Source: a virus
Taxonomy: Duplodnaviria; Caudoviricetes
DNA: 64,000 nucleotides
Reading direction: 5' to 3' (one strand)
Virus record (IMG/VR): IMGVR_UViG_3300028888_001628
Span: 91,975-155,974 of that record
Part shown: positions 30,404 through 40,917 of the stretch, piece by piece
How the letters are laid out: every line of letters begins with the position of its first letter
Numbering within the stretch: the stretch's first letter is position 1
Program-made: the position numbers and the translations under genes
Notes under the pieces: model-generated
Told to the model about the DNA's origin: nothing
Database searches by the model: none
The model's input: only the letters and a program-made list of their open reading frames with translations

Positions 30404-32440
30404 ATGAACGGTGAAAATGAAAGTCTAGATCTTTTAAACAATGATTCTATTATTGAGGATGAGTTTGTAAAGAATAAGATAGAATTCATAAACAAATTTA
30501 AACAGGCGTCTAATGCTGCGAATGCTACCGTAGATGACAATTCAAATGTAGCTAATAAGAATATTGCAATCTTAAATGCAGAGATTCATAAGAGTGACAA
30601 TATTAAGATCTCTCGTGCCATGGTGATGAGTAAATTAAAAGAGCTCTACCCAGAATTTAACTCTAAAAGATACGTTAGAGATCTTGAAGATCACGTTATT
30701 TATAAACACGATGAAAGCTCTTTTGCTGGTGCTATCTCACCTTACTGTGTGTCTGTTACGATGTACCCATTCTTAATGGATGGAATAAAGGGCCTAGGCG
30801 GCTTATCAGCTTCACCAAAAAATATTAAATCATTCTGTGGAATATTCTGCAACATGATCTTTGCAATTAGTTCGCAGTTTGCAGGTGCAGTTGCAGTAAG
30901 TGAAGCTCTGTTGTATTTCACGTACTTCTGCAAAAAAGAGTGGGGCGATGATTTCTATAAAAGACCTGATGAAGTTGTAGAAACTACAAACGATGGAAAT
31001 ACACGAACTATTCTTAAAGAGATTCAGCAGTATTGGCAACAGATTATTTATACAATCAATCAGCCTGCTGCAGCAAGAGGTTTTCAGTCTGCATTTGTAA
31101 ATTTCTCTTATTTCGATAAACCGTTCTTTGATGAGATGTTTGGGAATTTCTATTTCCCTGACGGAACACAGCCTGATTGGGAATCACTTAAATGGATTCA
31201 GATGGAATTTATGAAGTGGTTTAATGCAGAACGTCTTAGAACAATTCTAACATTTCCAGTTGAGACTGTTACACTATTATACAAAGACGGTAAATTCGTA
31301 GACGAAGAAATGTTTAAGTTTGTATGTGAAGAATATTCAAGAGGGCATTCATTCTTTACATATATTTCTGATTCTGTTGATTCGATCGCCAGCTGTTGTC
31401 GCTTGAAAAATTCAATACATACAAAGGAATTTAGCTTTACTAACGGCAACGTTGGAATCGAACTTGGAAGCAAATCTGTAATCACATTTAATCTTAACCG
31501 TCTAATTCAGATGTGGTACAGAAAAGAATGTGAGAAAAAAGATGTTGATTCATTTGAATTTACAGATCAGCATTATTCATCACTAAAGAAATATTTATCA
31601 AAACTAACTGATCGCGTATATAAATATCATCACGCATACAATGAACTGTTATGGGATATGTATGACGCGAAACTTCTTCCTGCATATACAGCTGGATTCA
31701 TTGATCTTAATAAGCAATATCTCACATTAGGATTAAATGGATTAAATCAAGCTGCAGAATTTCTTGGTATGGAATGTAATGTAAATGACAGATATTCTAA
31801 ATTCTGTCAAGAAATATTCTCGTTCTTTAAAGAACAGAATGAATTACATAAAGACAAGACAAGTAAGCATCATTTAGTTTTCAATACAGAACAAGTTCCT
31901 GCTGAATCACTCGCTATCAAGAATTACAATTTCGACAAAAACGATGGATTCTGGGTACCTGACGATACGAATCTTTATGCGAGTTATGTATTTAAACCAA
32001 ATGATAATATGGTCTCTATCTTAGATAAAATAAAACTACACGGGAAAGATTATATTGGTGATTATTTAGACGGTGGCGCTGCAGCACATTTAAATTTAGA
32101 CAGTCATCTTTCTAAAGATCAATATGAGAAACTGTTAGAGTACGCAGCTAAAGAAGGTTGTAATTATCTTACATTCAATGTACCTAATGCAGAATGTAGA
32201 GATTGCGGATTTATTGCAAAGCAACCATTTGATAAATGCCCACAATGTGGAAGTACTCATGTAGATCTATATGATAGAATCATTGGTTACCTTACGAAGG
32301 TTAAAAACTGGAGTGACGGTAGACAGAAAGAACAGAGTACAAGAATATATAATCATTTGGATGAGAATGACTGTGATGAAAAGACTATTGAATACATTAA
32401 ATATAAGCAATTTAAAAACACAATATCAAATAAACAATAG
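30404..32440 (+). CDS. nrdD: Anaerobic ribonucleoside-triphosphate reductase (class III)
   Basis: YCVS, SCCRL, TFPVET, EQVPAE, C..C..C..C zinc site, RIIGYL glycyl-radical loop; no N-terminal ATP cone seen. Confidence 0.96.
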   Translation: MNGENESLDLLNNDSIIEDEFVKNKIEFINKFKQASNAANATVDDNSNVANKNIAILNAEIHKSDNIKISRAMVMSKLKELYPEFNSKRYVRDLEDHVIYKHDESSFAGAISPYCVSVTMYPFLMDGIKGLGGLSASPKNIKSFCGIFCNMIFAISSQFAGAVAVSEALLYFTYFCKKEWGDDFYKRPDEVVETTNDGNTRTILKEIQQYWQQIIYTINQPAAARGFQSAFVNFSYFDKPFFDEMFGNFYFPDGTQPDWESLKWIQMEFMKWFNAERLRTILTFPVETVTLLYKDGKFVDEEMFKFVCEEYSRGHSFFTYISDSVDSIASCCRLKNSIHTKEFSFTNGNVGIELGSKSVITFNLNRLIQMWYRKECEKKDVDSFEFTDQHYSSLKKYLSKLTDRVYKYHHAYNELLWDMYDAKLLPAYTAGFIDLNKQYLTLGLNGLNQAAEFLGMECNVNDRYSKFCQEIFSFFKEQNELHKDKTSKHHLVFNTEQVPAESLAIKNYNFDKNDGFWVPDDTNLYASYVFKPNDNMVSILDKIKLHGKDYIGDYLDGGAAAHLNLDSHLSKDQYEKLLEYAAKEGCNYLTFNVPNAECRDCGFIAKQPFDKCPQCGSTHVDLYDRIIGYLTKVKNWSDGRQKEQSTRIYNHLDENDCDEKTIEYIKYKQFKNTISNKQ

Positions 32441-32516
32441 CGCTTGAGTTACTTTTCTGCGGTCATTTAATGCAGTTACTAACATAAACAAACACTTTAT
32501 GAAGTTGAGATATACT

Positions 32517-33020
32517 ATGAATAGTGATCTAGAGTTTAGAGTTTCTAAATTAGAAAGGCTAATCTTACGTAAAATAAAATCTAGTAATCGTATTTTAGAG
32601 AAACGTATTGCTAGGCTTGAATCAATAAGGTTACCTATTGATTCAAAGTTTGTATATATTATTAATTCAACAATGACTGATAATAATTTCTATTTTATAT
32701 CTGATGATAAGTCAAAGCTAAAGTCATTAATTGACAAAATCACAAAATTATTTTTGGAATCAACCTACTGTGAAGACGATGATGAGCGTGATTTATTGTT
32801 TAACAGGATTATTGATTTATGCAAAGTGAATAATATTCAATACGCTGATGATATAGATGAAAGCCCAATTGTAACATATGCTGAGTATCTTGATTCCATT
32901 GGGATTGATCCGTACGAAGATGAATATGATAAATCAATAGATCTTGATGAAGAAATTATAGTTGATAATGATAAACCATATACTTTTAAAGTAATTGGTA
33001 AACATCACAGTAGATTTTAA
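32517..33020 (+). CDS. Leader-tagged acidic protein (two leader copies)
   Basis: LEFRVSKLER and LEKRIARLES. Confidence 0.65.
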   Translation: MNSDLEFRVSKLERLILRKIKSSNRILEKRIARLESIRLPIDSKFVYIINSTMTDNNFYFISDDKSKLKSLIDKITKLFLESTYCEDDDERDLLFNRIIDLCKVNNIQYADDIDESPIVTYAEYLDSIGIDPYEDEYDKSIDLDEEIIVDNDKPYTFKVIGKHHSRF

Positions 33021-33129
33021 ACTTTGAAGTAAACCACTGTATGATTCTAATTAAATCTACAGTGGTATTGTTGTATAATATCTAAACTACTATTATCAAT
33101 GGGTTTAAATCTTATTAGAGGATTCAAAT

Positions 33130-34524
33130 ATGAATTATTTAGAAAGAAGATTAAGTATTTTAGAAAGACGGATGATAGAAGCTATTGGTAGTCAGGTAAT
33201 ATCACTAAGCCTTTCAAATATTTCTAACTTTTATAAAAGCTATATTAAAGAGAATAAACAAAAAATGATATCCGAGTTAAATAGAATCGGGTATTATGTT
33301 TTAAAGAATAAAGTCTCTATTGGAAATAGTCCGACTACTACAAAAGATATTCAAATCTGTACTTACTTTGCCAGCATGGATTTTATAGATGAATGTAATG
33401 CTGCATTAGCAAATAAGTACAATGTAAGTGTCGATATTCAGAGTGTAGGTGGATTCTTTGTTCCAGCTACAAATGAATTAGTAGTAATCGTAAAAGTTTA
33501 TAATGATGATTTAGAAAAATCGTTAAAAGACGCTGATATCAGATCTACAATAGAGCACGAATTAACTCACGCGTTTGATCACACAAACAAAGATAGAAGA
33601 TTAGCTGATCAGAATAACGTTCCAGGTGTAGGTGAGAATTTCTTGTCTATGTGTGCGTATTTAGGTTGCGCTTCAAGATCTGATATTTTCAATCTAATGG
33701 GAACTGATATACTGACTAACGGTGCAGCATCAGAGTGTATTTATTCTATTAGCATTATTTTGTATAAGCTATTTACTATTACAGAATTCAATGCTCACCA
33801 GATGTCAGATCTAGACAGTCTTCATAAAGTAGACATTAATAGATCAGATAGAGTTAGAAAGGCATTACGTAAAGATATCCTAACTGACACGAAATTAACA
33901 GAAAGAAATTTAAAGTCAGCTATTAAAATAACACCTGAAAAATCGCCTGAACTATGGAAGATAGTTGGAAATGTTCTTACATATATGGGCTATAATTTAG
34001 ACGGTAAATCACCATCTGCAGTTTATCAATTCTTTAAACGTGAAAGTAGAAAGCTATTCGATAAATTCATTTCTAGAAAGATGAAGAATCAAGTGAAAGC
34101 GATTATTTCTTTACGTGAGAAGAATAATTTAAAAGAGAAAATTATTTCTTGTATAAAAAATAATGATATGCAGAGAGGTGTTTCATTTTGGTTTTCTCCA
34201 TCAGGCGACACAAACTCATATCTGTGCAGAATTACAGCCTCTACAAGCACTGTAGCACTTACTATTAATCGTGAACGTGTAAAACTATATGGTAATGCAG
34301 ATGCAATCTATAAACGGGCTGTAGATGCAAACAATGATAGAAATAGAGCAGCTTTTGAATTTGCCATAGACAATCTTGTCGATATTATAGTTCAATCTAT
34401 AGAACGTAACTTTAATGATATTAAATATGATCCTGTTTATGATATTACAATTCCACAGGATGAGTTACAGATTAGTAAATCAAATAAAATCTCTAGTAGA
34501 TTTGCTGATTTAGACTGGGATTAA
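33130..34524 (+). CDS. Leader-tagged zincin-like metallopeptidase
   Basis: LERRLSILE leader; GGFF strand, IEHELTH (HExxH), downstream TEFNAH. Confidence 0.65.
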   Translation: MNYLERRLSILERRMIEAIGSQVISLSLSNISNFYKSYIKENKQKMISELNRIGYYVLKNKVSIGNSPTTTKDIQICTYFASMDFIDECNAALANKYNVSVDIQSVGGFFVPATNELVVIVKVYNDDLEKSLKDADIRSTIEHELTHAFDHTNKDRRLADQNNVPGVGENFLSMCAYLGCASRSDIFNLMGTDILTNGAASECIYSISIILYKLFTITEFNAHQMSDLDSLHKVDINRSDRVRKALRKDILTDTKLTERNLKSAIKITPEKSPELWKIVGNVLTYMGYNLDGKSPSAVYQFFKRESRKLFDKFISRKMKNQVKAIISLREKNNLKEKIISCIKNNDMQRGVSFWFSPSGDTNSYLCRITASTSTVALTINRERVKLYGNADAIYKRAVDANNDRNRAAFEFAIDNLVDIIVQSIERNFNDIKYDPVYDITIPQDELQISKSNKISSRFADLDWD

Positions 34525-34530
34525 ATTAGA

Positions 34531-35004
34531 ATGCTTAAATACGTACCTGAAGATACATTAGTATGCTTTTCTGAAATTAAATCAGAGATATCACTTGGGA
34601 TTAATATCAGTGGTTGTCCGCATAGATGCCCAGGATGCCATAGTCAATACTTACAAACAGACATTGGTGAAGAATTAACTACTGATATTATAGACAACCT
34701 AATAAATAAAAACCAGGGAATAACGTGTGTATTATTCCTTGGTGGTGACGGTGATAAGTGTACTTTAATTAATTTAGCAAGATATATAAGAAATAACTAT
34801 GATTTATTAGTCGGATGGTATAGCGGTGATTCACATATAGATCTAAATGAGTACGGAAGGTACTTTGATTATATTAAAGTAGGTCCGTATGTAAAAGAAT
34901 TTGGGCCACTAAACTCACCATCCACTAATCAGCGATTATACTTTATTAAAAGAAATAATGGCTCAATATCTGTTGAAGATATCACATCTTCTTTTTGGAG
35001 GTGA
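34531..35004 (+). CDS. nrdG: Anaerobic RNR activating radical-SAM protein
   Basis: ISGCPHRCPGCHS CxxxCxxC; IKVGPY..E.G.L....TNQR. Confidence 0.93.
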   Translation: MLKYVPEDTLVCFSEIKSEISLGINISGCPHRCPGCHSQYLQTDIGEELTTDIIDNLINKNQGITCVLFLGGDGDKCTLINLARYIRNNYDLLVGWYSGDSHIDLNEYGRYFDYIKVGPYVKEFGPLNSPSTNQRLYFIKRNNGSISVEDITSSFWR

Positions 35005-35006
35005 TT

Positions 35007-35252
35007 ATGAATAAGAAATTAGAATCAAGAATTGCAAGATTAGAAAGAATGATGAATCGTAAGTCGGTTAAAAATGAATCTATGCTTACTAATGATCTAA
35101 ATAAGGTTGTTCGCAGTCTTTCAATGGCTGATAGAGTACTTGTTGAACTTGTCAATGATTATTATGGTACTGATAATCCAATGAGAGATAGATGGAATTC
35201 AATGGCTAATCAGATTGAAGATATGATTAGTGAGCTTAGAGGGATGGTCTAA
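35007..35252 (+). CDS. Leader-tagged small helical protein
   Basis: ggaggt SD; MNKKLESRIARLERMMNRKSVKNE. Confidence 0.7.
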   Translation: MNKKLESRIARLERMMNRKSVKNESMLTNDLNKVVRSLSMADRVLVELVNDYYGTDNPMRDRWNSMANQIEDMISELRGMV

Positions 35253-35275
35253 TAACTAATATTAATATAAATAGT

Positions 35276-35311
35276 AAACCCATAGAGACAATTAAATCTC
35301 TATGGGTTTTG
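35276..35311 (+). terminator. Rho-independent terminator
   Basis: aaacccatagaga...tctctatgggtttt. Confidence 0.8.
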
Positions 35312-35343
35312 TTGTATATAATCATTATTAGTTTTATACAGTA

Positions 35344-35643
35344 TTGCAATTAAAGGAATTGATTATGAGGATTTATGACATTATAAGTAGTGGAGATTTT
35401 GAACAGGATTTAAAAAATATGTTTGATCTTCTTGTTTACTTTAGAGTTATTACTAGTTCCAAGAAAAACTATTTAGAGCACGTGAAAGAGTGTGGCACTA
35501 AGTATGAGGACGAGGAATTGTATGTCAGTCCTAATTATTCACTTGAAAAGCTGCAAAGTATAATGCAAAAAGAAATTAGTGCTATTGATGAACTAGCAGG
35601 AACTATATCTGATCATCTTGATTTGTTTCACGATTGGGATTAG
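35344..35643 (+). CDS. Hypothetical protein
   Basis: ORF; start probably the ATG at 35365. Confidence 0.5.
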   Translation: MQLKELIMRIYDIISSGDFEQDLKNMFDLLVYFRVITSSKKNYLEHVKECGTKYEDEELYVSPNYSLEKLQSIMQKEISAIDELAGTISDHLDLFHDWD

Positions 35644-35917
35644 TATGAAAGATAACTTTATAGTGCGTGTTTATAGAGATAGCAGTCTTAGAAAAGATGA
35701 TTACGCATTTGAATGGGAAGGTGAACTTAGTTATATTCTTGTAAACAATAGTTATATACGTATCACAGACTGGTCATATTTTGAAGACGCTTTAGACAAC
35801 TCTAATATAACTGATTATTATCCTGTTGTATTTTGGAGATACCGCTCTGAAAATGATATGTTTGAAATTGGACAGGCTAGCGTGGTAAATAAAAAGCCAT
35901 ACACTACAATATTATAA
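35618..35917 (+). CDS. Hypothetical protein
   Basis: ORF in operon; start probably the ATG at 35645. Confidence 0.5.
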   Translation: MICFTIGISMKDNFIVRVYRDSSLRKDDYAFEWEGELSYILVNNSYIRITDWSYFEDALDNSNITDYYPVVFWRYRSENDMFEIGQASVVNKKPYTTIL

Positions 35918-35929
35918 GGTGTAAAATAA

Positions 35930-36238
35930 ATGATAGCACAAGAAGAAATATTAGATTTTATACATAGACGATTCAAACAGGACTGCGATTGGAAAACAGG
36001 TAACTGCTATTATTTTGCAGTTATCTTAGCAACACGATTTGAGAATTATGATCCCGTGTTATATTATGACACACTTGATGGGCATTTCCTTTGCAGAATA
36101 AATAACATATTTTATGATTGGAGCGGTGCTGTAACATTCAGTGATGAGTATGATAATAAATACCTAAAGAGGTGGGCCGACTTGTGGAAAGAGGATCCTA
36201 TTTGGAGTAATCGTATAATTAGAGATGTTATATTATAG
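35930..36238 (+). CDS. Small papain/transglutaminase-like fold protein
   Basis: GNCYYFA...GHF...YDWSG candidate Cys-His-Asp triad. Confidence 0.45.
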   Translation: MIAQEEILDFIHRRFKQDCDWKTGNCYYFAVILATRFENYDPVLYYDTLDGHFLCRINNIFYDWSGAVTFSDEYDNKYLKRWADLWKEDPIWSNRIIRDVIL

Positions 36239-36250
36239 TTTGGGTTAGAT

Positions 36251-36676
36251 ATGAATAGTGATAAAGTTTGCGATACTAAATTTGTAATTGAATCTATAGA
36301 CCCTATAGGTAGAATGTATTATGATGGTTACCTTTCAAATGATGATATTAATACCCTACAGTCAAATGTAGCAGATGTAAGTTATTACATTAAAACTGAA
36401 GATTTCGGTGATAATATAGACGATCAGCGTCGCTACGCTAATATATTTGTAAAGTTTTATCAGTCATATGAGGTGATTGAGATTATTAACAAAATGGTGG
36501 CGAGCGTATATAACATTACACTTATATATTCGACTCACTCAATTAAGTTTAGTGAGTGCATGATTTACGATATGAAATCTTTGCACAACCATGATGATAT
36601 ATTCGTTGAAGTAAAATTTACGTGTAAGCCTAAAATTGGTTTGCACGTAGAGTTTGAGCATCAGTTGTTAGGTTAA
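36251..36676 (+). CDS. Hypothetical protein
   Basis: ORF. Confidence 0.5.
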   Translation: MNSDKVCDTKFVIESIDPIGRMYYDGYLSNDDINTLQSNVADVSYYIKTEDFGDNIDDQRRYANIFVKFYQSYEVIEIINKMVASVYNITLIYSTHSIKFSECMIYDMKSLHNHDDIFVEVKFTCKPKIGLHVEFEHQLLG

Positions 36677-36725
36677 TTTGTTAATATGATTTAAAAAGAA
36701 CATTTATATTCTAATAGGTATAAGT

Positions 36726-36962
36726 ATGAAATGGTACAAATTGTCTGAAGAGCCTATACCAGAAATATTATATAGAACCAATTCAGCTATAGTAATAAAG
36801 AGAAAAAATGGCACACAAGATATAGTATATCCTAATAAAGATGGTTACATTGCATTATCATTTATTTGCAACGAGCCATTAGTGATGTACAAACCAGACT
36901 TAGATGATATACAGTATTGGGCAAATATAGATGAAGTTTTAGAGAGTAACAGTAATGAATGA
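36726..36962 (+). CDS. Hypothetical protein (DUF551-like MKW...W pattern)
   Basis: MKWYKLSEEP.P...IQYWA. Confidence 0.5.
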   Translation: MKWYKLSEEPIPEILYRTNSAIVIKRKNGTQDIVYPNKDGYIALSFICNEPLVMYKPDLDDIQYWANIDEVLESNSNE

Positions 36963-37212
36963 TTTTAAGATTGTAATTAATGGTAAAGAGTGTTCATGTA
37001 CTAAATGTGATAAAGTATATGTAGAGTTTGATAGATCAGTAGAAAGAAGCGATATTGATTATACAGAGCTAAATAGTTTGATTGAGTCTTTCAATATCCC
37101 AAGAGAGCCTATCTCATGCACAATCCATATTAAAAAGAAAAGCCCTAACTATAAAAGAATACATAAACTTTTCAAGAAGCTATACAGGGAATGTAATCAA
37201 AATGAGAACTGA
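36955..37212 (+). CDS. Hypothetical protein
   Basis: ORF overlapping its neighbours. Confidence 0.45.
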   Translation: MNDFKIVINGKECSCTKCDKVYVEFDRSVERSDIDYTELNSLIESFNIPREPISCTIHIKKKSPNYKRIHKLFKKLYRECNQNEN

Positions 37213-37457
37213 CGAAGAATTAATTGCTGAACACAATGTTCAGATCATAGCATCTGTGTTGCTTGAAGTAATAAACGTATTTTGCAAAGTCGAAGGTTGC
37301 GAAAATAGATATATTAGAGATCTTGGAGATGCATTATTTCACAAGTATGGCGAGCAATTAAAAGATATTGTTGATAATGGAAATAGCATATAAAGATTAA
37401 GTATTTAGTTAGTAAACTTAATGCATTTAATGATATAATGAAAGAGGCTTGTAAATA

Positions 37458-38126
37458 ATGGACGATACTGATGAAAGCAGATATATGTGGACTATTGTAT
37501 TTAATAATTCTCCATATACAATTTTAAATGATGAATCTTTTGATGTAAGTAATACAATTTATGTAAGTAGTCTTAATAGTGAAATTTTAAATACACTGTC
37601 AGATATATCTCTTAATATTGTAGGCGTATATAGTGAAGAAACATATAAAGCGTTTACAAAATGGATAAACGATATCTTTAAAGTATCACCGCCAGCATAT
37701 GATTTTGAGACATTTGGCAAATTATTAAAATTTAACGAAAATGGTGTTTTACTTCAAACATATAATCTTGTAAATATATATCCAAAATCAGTCACTTGCG
37801 GTGATTTTTATAGAAATAGACTATTAATTGATGTTAGGTTAAATTGTACAATAATTCATCAAAATGAATATTGCAGTACTATAAAAGTCAATAATGATTC
37901 TGTAAAAACTAAAATTGATACACCTGCGAGTAAAGAGGAGAATAATACGATGGACACTAGTATGGTTAAACCTATTACCAATATGCTTGATGAGATTGAT
38001 TCTTTATACAACGAGATTAATGGTAATGATGATTTATACGATGAAGACTTTGTTGACGCATTAAATGACTATAAAGGGGTTCTTAAAGATAATCTTGTAG
38101 AGCTCATTAGAAATAATTGTAAATGA
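37458..38126 (+). CDS. Tail-tube (T4 gp19)-like fold protein outside the tail module
   Basis: ETYKAFTKWI...GKLLKFNENGVLLQTYNLVNIYPKSV..GD pattern. Confidence 0.5.
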   Translation: MDDTDESRYMWTIVFNNSPYTILNDESFDVSNTIYVSSLNSEILNTLSDISLNIVGVYSEETYKAFTKWINDIFKVSPPAYDFETFGKLLKFNENGVLLQTYNLVNIYPKSVTCGDFYRNRLLIDVRLNCTIIHQNEYCSTIKVNNDSVKTKIDTPASKEENNTMDTSMVKPITNMLDEIDSLYNEINGNDDLYDEDFVDALNDYKGVLKDNLVELIRNNCK

Positions 38127-38184
38127 CTATCTATAAACTATAGTGTAAATCTTAGTTCTTAAAATACTACGAGCTTATAATTAT

Positions 38185-38562
38185 ATGAAAAGACATAAAA
38201 CACAGTATAATAAAGAGTTTGTCGTAAATAATCATACAGTAAATATTGAGCTGTTTTCACAATGTGTTACGTCTAACCCACAAGAAAGATCTTATCGAAA
38301 GAAGCTATGTAAAGTAACATTCTTAGGTGCTGTTATTAATAATAAAAGAAAAAGTGTAGATATAAATTTCTCAAGCATGAGAGCAGCAACTGTATTTATT
38401 GCTAATAATATTGACATTCATACAATGACTATTAATGTATTTGGTGAACAGTACAGCGCTAGCACAATAGTACTGTTATGCAATTATAAATTATACACTA
38501 TCTACAGTATAAACAACAAAGATGTTTGGATGCAGTCTTTAGAATATAACAATATAATCTAA
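38185..38562 (+). CDS. Hypothetical protein
   Basis: ORF. Confidence 0.5.
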   Translation: MKRHKTQYNKEFVVNNHTVNIELFSQCVTSNPQERSYRKKLCKVTFLGAVINNKRKSVDINFSSMRAATVFIANNIDIHTMTINVFGEQYSASTIVLLCNYKLYTIYSINNKDVWMQSLEYNNII

Positions 38563-38615
38563 TAATTATATCACATGAGTCTTTATAGATTAATTACGCT
38601 TTAAGGATATAATTT

Positions 38616-39119
38616 ATGATTGACGAGTCATATTTGCAGTTACACACGTTAGCTGTAGAACTATATAAGCTTGGTATGCGACAAGCCGCAGGAGATTTTG
38701 ACTATTTAGCGTCTTGGTTGGATTCTGCTAATTGGAAAGGGCAAGATGGCGTTAGAGTTGGTGTTATACCCAATGGAAAGCAAGAAAGTGGATCTACTCT
38801 TCCACCCATTCCATGTTTTAGCGAAAACGATATTATTAGATGTAGTGATTTAGATACTGCTAATATAGTTCTTAATGCAGTGTATCAGTGCATCGGTGAA
38901 ATAAAAGCTTCTGCAGTTGACATTGATGTTTTAGAATCGCTCGACTGTTTTGAGACTTATACAGAAGAAGTAATTGAAGAAGGTGGTGGTGATCCACCTG
39001 TTCCACCAACCCCGCCAGTTCCACCTCCAACTTGTGGATTTAAGATTATTACTATCGATCTTATAACAGATAAAGAGTCTTCATGTAGTGCACCTAATAT
39101 AGATTATATAGACTTATAA
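38616..39119 (+). CDS. Hypothetical protein with Pro-rich linker
   Basis: GGGDPPVPPTPPVPPPT. Confidence 0.6.
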   Translation: MIDESYLQLHTLAVELYKLGMRQAAGDFDYLASWLDSANWKGQDGVRVGVIPNGKQESGSTLPPIPCFSENDIIRCSDLDTANIVLNAVYQCIGEIKASAVDIDVLESLDCFETYTEEVIEEGGGDPPVPPTPPVPPPTCGFKIITIDLITDKESSCSAPNIDYIDL

Positions 39120-39135
39120 TATAAAGGAACACATA

Positions 39136-40227
39136 ATGGCTTTCATATCATCTAGTTTTACTATGCCATCTTTCAGTAGTTCGAGATTACCTACTGTACA
39201 AGATTGGTGTGATTCATTACTAACGAATTTAAAAGACGCGTTTATAGCTGCCAATTCTGCATGGGAGCAAGTAGGTACGATTGAGACTATCGGAACAAAC
39301 ACCGATACAGGGTATGGAACAAGAACAATCCAAATACATTCAACCGTAAGTGGAAAGTACGTTCGGATATGGGCGTTTGCAAAAGACATAATAGGGAACT
39401 TTGTAGAAGACCCAACACCTAGCAATAGTTATAATGACCTTAAGATATACTTTGGAAACGTATTAAGATACTCTAGCAATTATGTTCGCTTCGGTAACTC
39501 ATACGTTACAGAGCTTTGCTTTGCAGTATCCAGTAATAATATAGGTGTAGACTTTGGTTTGGACTTAGGGCTATCTTGTCCTGCTTTCGGCATAGTAAAC
39601 TCTGAAATAAATGCAGACTATGGTACAACACTTTCAGATTCTTATAATAGTAGGACATTTAAGTTCGGTGCTGATCATATAGTCATAACAGATGGGAATA
39701 TGTTTTCAGTGCTTAGAAAAATCACTCCAAATACTACATGGCACGGTTGCTTCTACGCACCTGACATGATGATCCCAGCAAGTGGAGATGATACAAATAC
39801 CGAAGGTGTAGTAACTACTAGAAGTCTTGATCCAACTATCTATTTCGGTAATAATGAACCATATAACGCTGAACAAGAGTTGAGTATTCTATATAACGAT
39901 GCAAATGGTAATCACGACTTTAGAGGTTGGGGACTAGGAATATATAATAACAAAGGATATCTTTGTATGTCAGAGTCTGCAAGTAAATTACTATGTGCAC
40001 CTCTTGAGGCACATCTTTATACTTTAAATTATTCTGGGTCTACAATGCCAGGGATAGCTAACGGTGTCGGAACAAAGGGTTGGGTAAATACAGATTATTT
40101 AAGAAGTTGTAGTATAACACAGCTCACAAGTAGTTCTATCGGTCGTACATTTGTTGATGGAAGATGGGTTTGTCCAAAAGAAGGTGTTTTAATCTGTTGG
40201 GATAAAAATAATACAAACCCATTTTAA
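39136..40227 (+). CDS. Putative virion protein; paralog of 22181..23275
   Basis: Shared LLTN, G.Y.RIW.F, KIY.GN.L, DLGL..P.F, G.KG..N...R.CS, G.W.C...G.LI.W. Confidence 0.65.
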   Translation: MAFISSSFTMPSFSSSRLPTVQDWCDSLLTNLKDAFIAANSAWEQVGTIETIGTNTDTGYGTRTIQIHSTVSGKYVRIWAFAKDIIGNFVEDPTPSNSYNDLKIYFGNVLRYSSNYVRFGNSYVTELCFAVSSNNIGVDFGLDLGLSCPAFGIVNSEINADYGTTLSDSYNSRTFKFGADHIVITDGNMFSVLRKITPNTTWHGCFYAPDMMIPASGDDTNTEGVVTTRSLDPTIYFGNNEPYNAEQELSILYNDANGNHDFRGWGLGIYNNKGYLCMSESASKLLCAPLEAHLYTLNYSGSTMPGIANGVGTKGWVNTDYLRSCSITQLTSSSIGRTFVDGRWVCPKEGVLICWDKNNTNPF

Positions 40228-40311
40228 TACTATCGAGTTAAATTATTCTTATGTGCTATTGTATATAACTATTATTTAATTTACAATCACAGATAAAATG
40301 AGGTAATTAGT

Positions 40312-40524
40312 ATGAACAATCAAATTGAACTTGAGATTATTAATGATTCTGATAATCAGTTTTACGATCTAAATGGTATTTGCGAAAATGCAGATTCAAT
40401 TTTCTGGACACTTGTACCAAATGAAATGCTTTCTTTATGGAATCTTCCATTAAAGATTTATAATTGTTACACAAATGCAGATGCTGATTCAGTAGTTAAT
40501 AAGCTCGCTAATACAGACTTTTAA
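40312..40524 (+). CDS. Hypothetical protein
   Basis: gaggt SD. Confidence 0.5.
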   Translation: MNNQIELEIINDSDNQFYDLNGICENADSIFWTLVPNEMLSLWNLPLKIYNCYTNADADSVVNKLANTDF

Positions 40525-40526
40525 TT

Positions 40527-40802
40527 ATGGATGAATCTTTGATTTATACATTGGGAATGATTGGTAACTTACTATTCGGTGTTAAATCATTCCCACAAAT
40601 AATTACTTGTTATAAACAAAAGAGTACGTCTGGGATATCTAAATGGATGTTACTTCTTGATTTTGGTGGAAACACATTGTGTGCTGCATTTATTTACGGA
40701 ACAACCGGATTTACATTGTGGCCACAATTTGTAAATTATTTCTGTGCAACGTTATTCTTGCTAATATTGTTTATTATGACATTTTTATATAGAAATAATT
40801 AA
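40527..40802 (+). CDS. PQ-loop / SemiSWEET-like 3-TM membrane protein
   Basis: FPQII..YK.KST.GIS motif and three hydrophobic segments. Confidence 0.8.
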   Translation: MDESLIYTLGMIGNLLFGVKSFPQIITCYKQKSTSGISKWMLLLDFGGNTLCAAFIYGTTGFTLWPQFVNYFCATLFLLILFIMTFLYRNN

Positions 40803-40917
40803 ACAGACAAGATTCACGTTGTATATACTAATACGTAACACATTTGTTACAAACTAAACTTATTTAACATTAGTTGCTAATTAAAACTAATGTGTATTGT
40901 GAGGAGATATTTATAAT

